Positions 1 through 8,898 of a stretch of 60,976 nt of DNA are shown piece by piece. A model generated the notes under the pieces. The model searched no databases. It was not told the DNA's origin and worked only from the letters and a program-made list of their open reading frames with translations. Within the stretch, counting starts at the first letter, position 1. Every line of letters begins with the position of its first letter. Made by a program: the position numbers and the translations under genes. The stretch covers positions 1-60,976 of the IMG/VR virus record IMGVR_UViG_3300007516_004456. One strand, written 5' to 3'. Source of the DNA: a virus. Taxonomy: Duplodnaviria; Caudoviricetes.

Positions 1-2
1 CT

Positions 3-1223
3 GCTTTTGCATCGTTTAATACGGTACAGGAAGTTAATGCAGATAAGGTTGCTATTTCTGGATTTAATGGAAGCAAATTGCCTCTTGCCCCAAATCAAGT
101 TTTTATTAATGGTAGAAACGCAACAGCTAAGCTTAATAATGCTGTTTCCGCAGAAAGATTGTTTGATAAAACGTTTGTTGTTTGCGATCTTGATAATGAT
201 CGGGTTTTATTGATAGACGACGATGGGAATTTGATTAAAGGGTTTGGTTCAAATAATGTTTTATCGGATTCTTTTTTCCCATTAATGTCTAATTATAATC
301 CAGATACAGGAGTGTTGTCTATCGCTTTGACGCAGGCGATTGATCCTGGATCAGTAGATGTAACAAAGATGTCTTTGTTTATTGGCTCTACTAAATTGCC
401 ATTTTCTGCTTTGGACGTGGTTCAAGATAATAATAAAGTTGGAGCAGCAGTTGAAATATTACTTTCTTCTTCTAAAGTGTCAGCTTTGCTTACTACTAAT
501 TCAACGAATATTAGAGTTGAGATTCGAGATGGTGCTTTCCCGTTGAATTTTGAAAGCAGCGACAGTAATCCATTGTTTGCTGGCTTACTGCCTGTTTCTA
601 TTTCCTATTTTACATTTATTGATGGTATCGTTCATCCTGTTTTTGCGATGATTACTGAAACGGACGAGAATTGGCTTATTTGTAATTCTATTACTCCAGA
701 ACCAAAACCAGAACCAGTACCAGGTGCTCCTACAGAGGAAGAGGAAGAGGAAGAGGAAGAAAATACAGTTACGGCTATTATTGAAATAAATCCTGATACT
801 CAAGCTACTACTTTTAGTTACAATGATGTTGTTTTTTCTTCTCAAGCACTTGGGTCGGTTGCAGAGATAGGTTATAATAGTATAGTTATTGGAGCATTGG
901 TAAAATCTACCGATACATTATCTGTTGCCGAGGAAGATAAAACGGGATTAGAGTCGTATAGAGGAGTTGTATTAATTTTGGATAAAACTTCAAAGAGCAT
1001 ATCGTTAAGATACAACTCTCCTGATGGTTTATATCCTTCCGATGTGGCAGTAACGTCAGGTGGAGAGATTTTAGTTGCTGAATCTAGTTTGATCTCGGTA
1101 GCAGGTAGAGTGATTCGTCTTGATCTTTCTGGAAATATACAGTGGCAAATTGGAAATGGTCGGTTTAAGGCAATTAATGATGCCCGTCCTAGAAATAATA
1201 GCAATGTTGTTATAAGTGTTTAA
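3..1223 (+). CDS. 5'-truncated putative virion/structural protein with NHL/PQQ-like beta-propeller blades and a Pro/Glu-rich linker
   Basis: The reading frame is open from base 3 (AFASFNTVQEVNADK...), so the real start lies left of the window. Propeller-like blades 'VVCDLDNDRVLLIDDDGNLI' and 'YPSDVAVTSGGEILVAES...GRVIRLDLSGNIQWQ'; linker PEPKPEPVPGAPTEEEEEEEEE. Confidence 0.7.
   Translation, partial: AFASFNTVQEVNADKVAISGFNGSKLPLAPNQVFINGRNATAKLNNAVSAERLFDKTFVVCDLDNDRVLLIDDDGNLIKGFGSNNVLSDSFFPLMSNYNPDTGVLSIALTQAIDPGSVDVTKMSLFIGSTKLPFSALDVVQDNNKVGAAVEILLSSSKVSALLTTNSTNIRVEIRDGAFPLNFESSDSNPLFAGLLPVSISYFTFIDGIVHPVFAMITETDENWLICNSITPEPKPEPVPGAPTEEEEEEEEENTVTAIIEINPDTQATTFSYNDVVFSSQALGSVAEIGYNSIVIGALVKSTDTLSVAEEDKTGLESYRGVVLILDKTSKSISLRYNSPDGLYPSDVAVTSGGEILVAESSLISVAGRVIRLDLSGNIQWQIGNGRFKAINDARPRNNSNVVISV
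735..761 (+). repeat. (GAGGAA)x4+GAA in-frame microsatellite encoding poly-Glu (E9), preceded by an imperfect CCAGAACCAAAACCAGAACCA Pro-Glu repeat
   Basis: Read directly: gaggaa gaggaa gaggaa gaggaa gaa. Confidence 0.9.
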
Positions 1224-4200
1224 TATGACTCGTTTAATTTTAAATCCTAAATCCGGTACTCGCAATCAAGCGAACAATATTGAGTTCAAAATTGAAGGGC
1301 TTGATTATTCAAATATAGTTCGTGTGCATTTTGAAAATGCCACGGTTGGTGTTCCTGTTCTTTTATTAAATAGTGAACATAATTATATTGAGGTTCCTGC
1401 CGGATCATCTTTGATTAGCGGTTTTGTTGATCTTCAAATTCCAGAGTTTAGTTCAAATGTTGTAGCGTCTATTTACGCTACTGTTTCTATGAAGCAGGAA
1501 TTTGGAGGGTTTGAGCCAGTAACTATTTTGCACGATTTTTATGAAATAGTTCATGAACAGTCTAAGAGTTTACCTGGTAAATTTTATATTACTCCTACAT
1601 TTGCGGCAGAACGAGATTTTTGTACTATTCACGCAGACGCCGAACCAGATAAGACCTATGTTGCATCTATTAATGATAAAAGATATGCAATACGTACTAA
1701 TGCAGAAGGTAAAGGAACAATCTCTTTCCGATGTCGAGATGTTCTTGGTCCTTCTGTTTCTAGATCAATACAAAAATTTCCGCTAGAAATATATACTGAC
1801 GATTCTAATTTTACCGAGAGACTATATTCAGGTTCAGCAATAAATGTATTACCTGATTCTTTAATAGCGGCAGCTACATGCATTGAAAGCGGATCGACGA
1901 CATTGCCTGATGTATGTTATGTTAACGAATCTGGTAACGAGGTAGTAAGAACCTCTGCTATTGCTCAAACTGAAAATACAGCAGGAGGTTTGACTGCTGA
2001 CGTTACTACAGGTGGAACAGTAAGTACATGGAGCTCTTTGACTGATGTGCAGGCAGAAGGGGTTTCTGCTGTTATAGGCCCGAATAATAAGGTTTTTCTT
2101 GCAACCTCATCAATTGTAACAAGTGGATCGGATAGATATGGTCAAATATCTGTTACTATTAGAAATTCAACATTTGACAATGCTGTTTTTCCGTTATCTT
2201 TGGGGGCGGTTATACCTGATGATGATTTTGGGCATTTAAGAATTGTTATTCCATCTGCAATTTATGATAATATATTAACGACATCTGGATTGAAGATGCA
2301 CATATTTCATGATACTTTTAATTTTGCTAGCTATGATGTAAGTATGCTTGATGTCGCTAATAATGTTTTGGTTTCTACTCCAACAAATATAGATAATCAA
2401 AGTCTAATTGATAATGTTCCATTTTTATTGTATTACAATTGTGCGTCAACGATATCGCCGGCATCGTATACGTTGCCGCTTATCAAAGATAAAGACGCCA
2501 ATGAAATATCGGCTGCGAATCCGTCAATTGCCATTCGTCCGGGACATATGGGACTTTGGAGAGATTTTTACGTTTATATAGTAGCAGAGGGAACTGTTGG
2601 TCGTACTAGTCAATTGTTTCTGTATACGTTATACGTTCAAGATACAGCAACGTGTGCTTCAACTCCCGAGAATTCTGGAATTGTTGATAGTAATAAAACT
2701 TTTGGATTTGCCGTGAAGCAATACGGATGGAAACAGTTAACTTTTGGTAGTGCCGCTCAGGGTGAGAATCGTAATCCTAAAGCGGTTTGTGACAATACTG
2801 GTAATCTACATATTTTCTGGGAGAGTGATCGCTCTGGCATTAGTCAAGTATATTACGGGATGCTAGGTCCGTCTCAGCGATCATTAAATGGATGTTTAGC
2901 ATCAGTTATTGATCGTCATGAAGATTTTTTGAGAGATAACGACGATAAGCCACATGACTATACAGATAATTCTCTTTGGCAGCCAATCACAACTACCGCT
3001 ATGGATTTATCCCGAATTATAGATGAATTTACTGTTGGTAATATGTGGTTAGAGAATGAAACTGGTTCTGGTACTGTTACTATTACAGATAACGAAACCA
3101 TAGGGATTCAGGGTAATCCTCTTAAAGATCAAGCTATTGCATTTGCTGTTCTAGATAAAGATGTTGACGGTAACTCGTTTGATCGTTTTGACCAATTGAG
3201 TTTCGGTTTTAGTTTTGATATAGTTGATAATTTAGCAGAAGTAGCTCTAACGGAGAAAGATATTGACGCTTTATATGTAAGTTGGAAAAATGGATTCACA
3301 TCTACTCCGGACACAGACGCAACTAATGCTATTTATTATGTGCAAAATGGTAATAAATTTCAGGTTGGTCGATTGGATGAAGTTTACGATACTATTATTC
3401 CCATTGCCGGTTCTTATGATTATTCTGCTGCTCGAACTAATCTTGACCAGCAAGTTGCAGCAATATCTTCAGTTTTTCAAGCCAATCTATCTAGAGATGA
3501 TTCAACATTGAAAAACTATATGCTTTCATTGATGCCTGAGAAGGTTATCTTTAGAGCAAAAAACACTCAGTCTCAGATAGAAAGCGGGTTATCTGATTCG
3601 GAATATATCGAAGAGACAGAAAATACGATTCTTACTGGTCGATATAAACTTGGACTGTTTATTAAAACAAACAATGATTGGCTTAATGACGCAGCAGATG
3701 TTCCTAAATATGCATTGTTTCGTCAGTCGGAACAATCTTTTAATTTTCAAGATGCAAAAAATATTCAAATAGGTGTTCATTACGCTAAGCTGTTTAGTGA
3801 AGATGCTGGAGCTGTATTTACATGCGGAGATCAAATAGCAGCGCTTTCACAGACCGTCGATCACAGAATCAATTCCGGTAGGAATCGACATTCAATTGCA
3901 AAAATTGGAGATCGTATTGGTGTAGCATTTATACAGAACAATAGCACGAATGATCTATATTACACCGAGATTGATCCTAATACTAGAGAAACGCATCCAT
4001 ATGGGCCAGTTGCGGTAGGCGTTGATTATGAGAAAATTAAATTGGTCGAACATCAGAATAGACCAGTTATTGCCTTTTCTGCAACTGCGGCTTATGGCGG
4101 AGAATTGAAAACGATAACTTATAATGGATCGTCTTGGGATGATGCCGTTATTGGTGATGTTTCGTCAACAGATCCATCTGCTTTTGATATTGCTGTTATT

Positions 4201-7200
4201 AACGGTCAACTATCTGCTGTTTTTCGACCTGAAGGCGGGTCGTCTGGAGAGTTAACATATAGTGTTAAAGGGTTATTTTCTTGGGTGGAAGCGTCAATGC
4301 AACCTGCATCGCTTAGTGGAGGAATGTCTACAGTTAAGGGAGAACCGATACTGATTGAGTTTAATGATAATCCGCATATTTTCGTATGTGGTTCATTTGT
4401 TTATTATACTTCATTTAATTCTACAGTATGGGGGAGCTGGAAATCAACCTCTCTAACCCCAGACGATTATTCAAGCTTTGCCGTTTCTTCTGATGAGAAG
4501 TATATGCATGGAGTTGTTGGTGATGCTAGTAAAATCTATCATTTTAGAACAGATGGAAGTTCGTCTGCATCGAAAACGGTTTCGGATATCAACAGTGCGT
4601 ATATTGTGGGGCTTACATCTGTTGGAGGAAAATTATATGCGGTTGCCAGAGAGACCGTTGAAGGGTTGAGGTCTCTGAAAATATTACAGCAAACAGAGAG
4701 TGGATGGAATGAAGTATATGGTAGCGATATTGACACGCCAATAGCAAGCGATTTTTATGATCTTTCTATAACGAATGCTTTTGGCAAGCTTTATATAGGT
4801 ATTCAAAACGGTATTGAGACTCCCATTGATACTGTCGATGAAGATTTTCGTATTAGAGAAGTAGGGGTAAACTCAAACGAAGGATATTATGTTGGGGATA
4901 TTCTTATAACGGTTGATAATGCCGCAGCTATTTCACAGGCATTTTATACGAAGATTCCTTCGGTTGTTTATTCTGATGATATTGTTCAGGTGACGATGAC
5001 GATGAAAGATTCTATTGGAGAAGGGGTTTACGCCAATGGGGAGACCGTCTATGCCGGAGCTAAAACAGGAACAGTTGTTAGTTGGAATATTGGCAATCGA
5101 ACCTTAGTTATCAGCACAAATTATTCCTGGGAAATTAATGATATTGTGATTGGAGCTGCTGCTTATTATCATACTGAGACAGTAAGCAACGAAGAAGCTA
5201 CTCGTCTATCAGGTTGTCATCAGAATTTTGCTATTGGTGTTGGATTCCCTGGTGGAGGCAAGCTCCGTAAGAACGATAGCATGAAATATTTGCCTGACAT
5301 TTACGATGACGGGGATGTTGATTTAGAATTCTCTAATATTAAAATAGGGTTATATCCATTCACTTTAGATATAACTTTATCAGAGTTTGATGGATTTACT
5401 CGGAATACTCTCGATATGATTGTTCCTTCAGCCTTGCCGGAATCTCTATCTCAATTGTTTTCATTTAGTGGTTCTTCTGATTGGAGACTAACGCTAGGGA
5501 CAGATATAGAAAACAATAGCTACGTTAGTTCTACGTTTGCTCAGGTTCCTATTACATTTGCAGGGTTGAATGTCAATCCGTGTATCGCTAAAGATAACGG
5601 TGATACAATGAATCTTGTTTGGCAATCAAACCGTAGCCGTTACTGGAACATCTATACTAGTCATGACAATATACTGTCTCATCCGTTTCGTTATGAGACG
5701 CAAGTTACAAATACCAAAAGTAACAGCATTATGCCTAGAAATGCTGTCGATTTTAATTTTAACCGTATGGTTGTTTGGCATGATAATCGTTTTGGGCATT
5801 ATCAGGTTATGTCGGCTCGTGCTAGCGGTGAAGATTCTTATGGAGAATCATTTAATAGACGCAATGTTCGAGGTGGTGGATGTGAAACAAAGAGAAATGC
5901 AGAAGATATTATATCTTCTGATGAATATATATTGGTTCAACCGGAGGATGGTTGTCCAATTGAATTTATGGTTACGAATAATAGTCAAACTCAAGTAGGA
6001 TTTCATTTTATCGTGAGATTCTTTAGCGATGCTGCTTTGCAGAATGAAATATTTGTTTTATCATCTCTTGATGATCCTTTACCATTTGCCGTCAATAGCG
6101 TTGATTTATCGGCAGACGGCTATATCGCCGATCCGCTTGAACAATTTGAGATTGCTATCGATCATGAGAAACTTTCTATATCAGAAGAAGCACTTTTTAA
6201 CTCTTTACATTATATAACGTTGCAGCCAATTTGTTTGATTGTACTTTGTACTCAACCTTGGTCTCAGATACAAAGAGCGACTCCAGTAACGTCTGATAAT
6301 TATGGATCGAACAATGCGATGCAGTTTGGAAGATCAGTAGCTATAGGACATGAATGGATGGCTGTAGGAGCTCCTCTTGACAATGAAAGCGGGAATACGC
6401 AGGGAGCTATTTCTGTTTATCGTCATTTTTCGGATGGAACATTTTGGGAATTCAAAAATAGATTTACCCCATCCGGTAATCCTTCTAATTCTGAATTTGG
6501 AGCGTCTATATCTATTGGCGGCGATACTCGCATATGTGTAGGATCGCCTGGTGAGGAAGCTGTTTACTTCTATCAGCTTAATGGAGATGTTTTTGAATAT
6601 GCAGACAAGATTACAAAACCAACAGGCGCAAATGGATTTGGATCATCGGTTGCTATGTCGGGGCGTTATGCGGCAATAGGAGCACCGGACGATAGTGCTT
6701 CTGATGGATTGGTTTACATCTATAAAGATGATGGGTTAGGGAATTATTCTCTAGTTGACACTCTTGATCCTGCTGGAGGCGCAGCAGCGGAATGCGGTAC
6801 GTCTGTAGCGATGTATGGGAATAATGGAGAGTATGTTTTGATAGGCGCTCCGCAGCACACTGGAGGTACTGGCAAAGTTTATCTTTATAAAAATAACGGT
6901 TCTGACACATATGTTGCAGTAGCGGCTAGTCCTTTTACAGCTAGTGATGCTGGATTGAGTAATCTTTTTGGAAGTTCTGTTGCTATTGACAATAATCGCT
7001 TTATTGTTGGAGCTCCTGATAACGGAGTAGGGGCGGCATATGTTTTTCTAGATTCCGGCGGAGATGCTTGGGCAGAAGAAGAAAAATTAATTTCAGGTGA
7101 TCCTGTAGGAGTTGATTCATTTGGTGCATCGGTAGACATAGATAGTAGTATTCCTATTTCGGCTCCCATTGCTATTGCTGTTTGCGGAGCAACCTTAGAT

Positions 7201-7470
7201 GATCGTTCCGAAATAGATGGTGGAGCGGCATATGTATTTGAAAAAGAAAATGCAGCAACCGGGTGGAATGAAGTTCGTACTTTAGTAATGTCTGATGCTG
7301 CCGCTAACGATCAATTCAGTGGCGCTGATAAAGGATTAGCAATATCAGGTTCAGGTACATTTATTGCAGTTGGTGCCGCATTAAAAGATACGGACATCAT
7401 GACAGATAGAGGCGTAGTTTATATTTATGATGCATGTTCTAGTTTAAGTTATCCCGATATTTTTGGGTAA
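1216..7470 (+). CDS. Giant multidomain putative virion protein (2084 aa; ATG at 1225 may be the true start): W(E/Q/H)(S/D)xR-type propeller blades, an inserted propeller, a shared 'FHF-R-F-D' Ig-like domain and a C-terminal FG-GAP (integrin-alpha-like) propeller
   Basis: FG-GAP repeats at ~6283-7440 (FGRSVAI..AVGAP, FGASISI..VGSP, FGSSVAM..IGAP, FGSSVAI..VGAP..GAAYVF). Blades LHIFWESDRSGISQVYYG, MNLVWQSNRSRYWNIY, MVVWHDNRFGHYQV. 'GETV..GTVVSWN..TLVI' module resembling myovirus neck/baseplate modules. No N-terminal signal peptide. Confidence 0.75.
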   Translation: MFNMTRLILNPKSGTRNQANNIEFKIEGLDYSNIVRVHFENATVGVPVLLLNSEHNYIEVPAGSSLISGFVDLQIPEFSSNVVASIYATVSMKQEFGGFEPVTILHDFYEIVHEQSKSLPGKFYITPTFAAERDFCTIHADAEPDKTYVASINDKRYAIRTNAEGKGTISFRCRDVLGPSVSRSIQKFPLEIYTDDSNFTERLYSGSAINVLPDSLIAAATCIESGSTTLPDVCYVNESGNEVVRTSAIAQTENTAGGLTADVTTGGTVSTWSSLTDVQAEGVSAVIGPNNKVFLATSSIVTSGSDRYGQISVTIRNSTFDNAVFPLSLGAVIPDDDFGHLRIVIPSAIYDNILTTSGLKMHIFHDTFNFASYDVSMLDVANNVLVSTPTNIDNQSLIDNVPFLLYYNCASTISPASYTLPLIKDKDANEISAANPSIAIRPGHMGLWRDFYVYIVAEGTVGRTSQLFLYTLYVQDTATCASTPENSGIVDSNKTFGFAVKQYGWKQLTFGSAAQGENRNPKAVCDNTGNLHIFWESDRSGISQVYYGMLGPSQRSLNGCLASVIDRHEDFLRDNDDKPHDYTDNSLWQPITTTAMDLSRIIDEFTVGNMWLENETGSGTVTITDNETIGIQGNPLKDQAIAFAVLDKDVDGNSFDRFDQLSFGFSFDIVDNLAEVALTEKDIDALYVSWKNGFTSTPDTDATNAIYYVQNGNKFQVGRLDEVYDTIIPIAGSYDYSAARTNLDQQVAAISSVFQANLSRDDSTLKNYMLSLMPEKVIFRAKNTQSQIESGLSDSEYIEETENTILTGRYKLGLFIKTNNDWLNDAADVPKYALFRQSEQSFNFQDAKNIQIGVHYAKLFSEDAGAVFTCGDQIAALSQTVDHRINSGRNRHSIAKIGDRIGVAFIQNNSTNDLYYTEIDPNTRETHPYGPVAVGVDYEKIKLVEHQNRPVIAFSATAAYGGELKTITYNGSSWDDAVIGDVSSTDPSAFDIAVINGQLSAVFRPEGGSSGELTYSVKGLFSWVEASMQPASLSGGMSTVKGEPILIEFNDNPHIFVCGSFVYYTSFNSTVWGSWKSTSLTPDDYSSFAVSSDEKYMHGVVGDASKIYHFRTDGSSSASKTVSDINSAYIVGLTSVGGKLYAVARETVEGLRSLKILQQTESGWNEVYGSDIDTPIASDFYDLSITNAFGKLYIGIQNGIETPIDTVDEDFRIREVGVNSNEGYYVGDILITVDNAAAISQAFYTKIPSVVYSDDIVQVTMTMKDSIGEGVYANGETVYAGAKTGTVVSWNIGNRTLVISTNYSWEINDIVIGAAAYYHTETVSNEEATRLSGCHQNFAIGVGFPGGGKLRKNDSMKYLPDIYDDGDVDLEFSNIKIGLYPFTLDITLSEFDGFTRNTLDMIVPSALPESLSQLFSFSGSSDWRLTLGTDIENNSYVSSTFAQVPITFAGLNVNPCIAKDNGDTMNLVWQSNRSRYWNIYTSHDNILSHPFRYETQVTNTKSNSIMPRNAVDFNFNRMVVWHDNRFGHYQVMSARASGEDSYGESFNRRNVRGGGCETKRNAEDIISSDEYILVQPEDGCPIEFMVTNNSQTQVGFHFIVRFFSDAALQNEIFVLSSLDDPLPFAVNSVDLSADGYIADPLEQFEIAIDHEKLSISEEALFNSLHYITLQPICLIVLCTQPWSQIQRATPVTSDNYGSNNAMQFGRSVAIGHEWMAVGAPLDNESGNTQGAISVYRHFSDGTFWEFKNRFTPSGNPSNSEFGASISIGGDTRICVGSPGEEAVYFYQLNGDVFEYADKITKPTGANGFGSSVAMSGRYAAIGAPDDSASDGLVYIYKDDGLGNYSLVDTLDPAGGAAAECGTSVAMYGNNGEYVLIGAPQHTGGTGKVYLYKNNGSDTYVAVAASPFTASDAGLSNLFGSSVAIDNNRFIVGAPDNGVGAAYVFLDSGGDAWAEEEKLISGDPVGVDSFGASVDIDSSIPISAPIAIAVCGATLDDRSEIDGGAAYVFEKENAATGWNEVRTLVMSDAAANDQFSGADKGLAISGSGTFIAVGAALKDTDIMTDRGVVYIYDACSSLSYPDIFG

Positions 7471-7473
7471 TTC

Positions 7474-7758
7474 GTGAAAAATAAATATATAACTAAAGCA
7501 CAACCTATACAGAGAGCTGTTCAGATGCATCTTGACGAATTGGTAAAACTGTCTAAAGGCACAAGCGACCCATCTAATTGTGTTGACAGTATTCTTGAAA
7601 GTGTTATACATCAAAAAGGAGCTGACATTTTAGTGCCGGAAGAAGTTTTTAATAAATATTTTGGTAAAAATAATGATAATTTAGATTTGAGGAATAAGTC
7701 AAAAGACTGTAAGGATTGCAGTAGACAGCAACGCAGATCAATGCAAGATAGAAAGTAG
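7474..7758 (+). CDS. Hypothetical protein (94 aa) with a C-terminal CxxC
   Basis: GTG start 3 nt after the previous stop; fills the gap exactly; CKDC motif. Confidence 0.55.
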   Translation: MKNKYITKAQPIQRAVQMHLDELVKLSKGTSDPSNCVDSILESVIHQKGADILVPEEVFNKYFGKNNDNLDLRNKSKDCKDCSRQQRRSMQDRK

Positions 7759-7767
7759 TTATTCTTA

Positions 7768-7789
7768 AGGCATTTTTGATCCGATCATA
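7768..7789 (+). promoter_or_regulatory. Putative promoter/regulatory motif AGG-CAT-TTTTGATCCGAT-C-ATA immediately upstream of the GT4 gene
   Basis: Near-identical copy at 38404-38425 before another glycosyltransferase gene. No Shine-Dalgarno between the motif and the ATG at 7795. Confidence 0.55.
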
Positions 7790-7794
7790 TTCAA

Positions 7795-8892
7795 ATGGCG
7801 GATATTAGCTATATATCTTTTTTGAATCATTCCGGTTACGGCCAGGCGGCTCGTGACTATATTTTATCAATTAGTCGTCACACTGATCACAATCTTTTTC
7901 TGAAACCAATAGGAGCGCTGCCGAGTTTACCTGGGGTTAGTGCTAATCAATTTGCGGAGTTGAAGCCCTTTATCAATAGGAAGTCACCGGATAGCGCTAT
8001 TACAGTGTTACATTGTACTCCATCAATTTCTCGTCGTTTTCAAAAGAGATGTAATCGTAAGATTGGATTTGCCACATTTGAAACATATGAACCTCCACAA
8101 GATTGGATTCGGTCTTTAAATGACAATGATGCGGTTATTGCTCCATCAAAGTTCAATTTTGATACTTTTGCTTATGCTGGTGTGAACAAGCCTATGTTTC
8201 ATATTCCTCATTCCATTGATACTGTTGTGTTTAATCATAATGTTGAACCTTTAACTAAATATGATCGGTTTACTTTTTTGTTTTTTGGAGCTTGGAAGCT
8301 AAGAAAGGGCTATGAGGGATTAATTGAAAGCTGGATGCTTAATTTTGCCAAATCTAAAGATGTGCAATTAATTATTAAAACAGATAAACCGTCTAAGGCA
8401 GAGAAATATATTGAAATAAGTTGTAAGACATTTGGACATTTGAGAAGGGATATTGCCCCGATTACAGTAGACAAGAAAGTATATGATGAGTTTGGGCTGG
8501 CTCGTTTGTTGAAATCTGTTGACTGTTTGATTGCTCCCTCTCTCGGTGAAGGATTTGGTCTTCCTGGGTTACAGTCTTTAGCGGTTGGCACGCCAGTAAT
8601 AACGACTAAATTTTCAGGCGTTTTAGACTACGCTAGCGACGAAACGTGTTATATGCTTGAGCCAAACAACTTTGTTTTGAAGAGTTGTCTTGATGATATT
8701 CCTCAATTCAGAAAACATAAATGGGCAATAGTATCGACTACTAGAATCTCTGAAGCTATGAATTTTGTTCGAAACAACATCTTAGAAATGCAGCAAAGAA
8801 CAGAGGTCGCTCGACAATTAATTCAGAATAAGTTTAGGTACGAGATTGTTGCTAAACAGTTTAACGAAATGCTGCAATCCATTTACGGATAA
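7795..8892 (+). CDS. Glycosyltransferase family 4 (GT-B fold)
   Basis: N-terminal SGYGQAAR, IAPSKFN, IPHSID, FTFLFFG..RKG, and APSLGEGFGLPGLQSLAVGTPVITT (EX7E motif with the second E replaced by Q). Confidence 0.9.
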   Translation: MADISYISFLNHSGYGQAARDYILSISRHTDHNLFLKPIGALPSLPGVSANQFAELKPFINRKSPDSAITVLHCTPSISRRFQKRCNRKIGFATFETYEPPQDWIRSLNDNDAVIAPSKFNFDTFAYAGVNKPMFHIPHSIDTVVFNHNVEPLTKYDRFTFLFFGAWKLRKGYEGLIESWMLNFAKSKDVQLIIKTDKPSKAEKYIEISCKTFGHLRRDIAPITVDKKVYDEFGLARLLKSVDCLIAPSLGEGFGLPGLQSLAVGTPVITTKFSGVLDYASDETCYMLEPNNFVLKSCLDDIPQFRKHKWAIVSTTRISEAMNFVRNNILEMQQRTEVARQLIQNKFRYEIVAKQFNEMLQSIYG

Positions 8893-8898
8893 TCTATT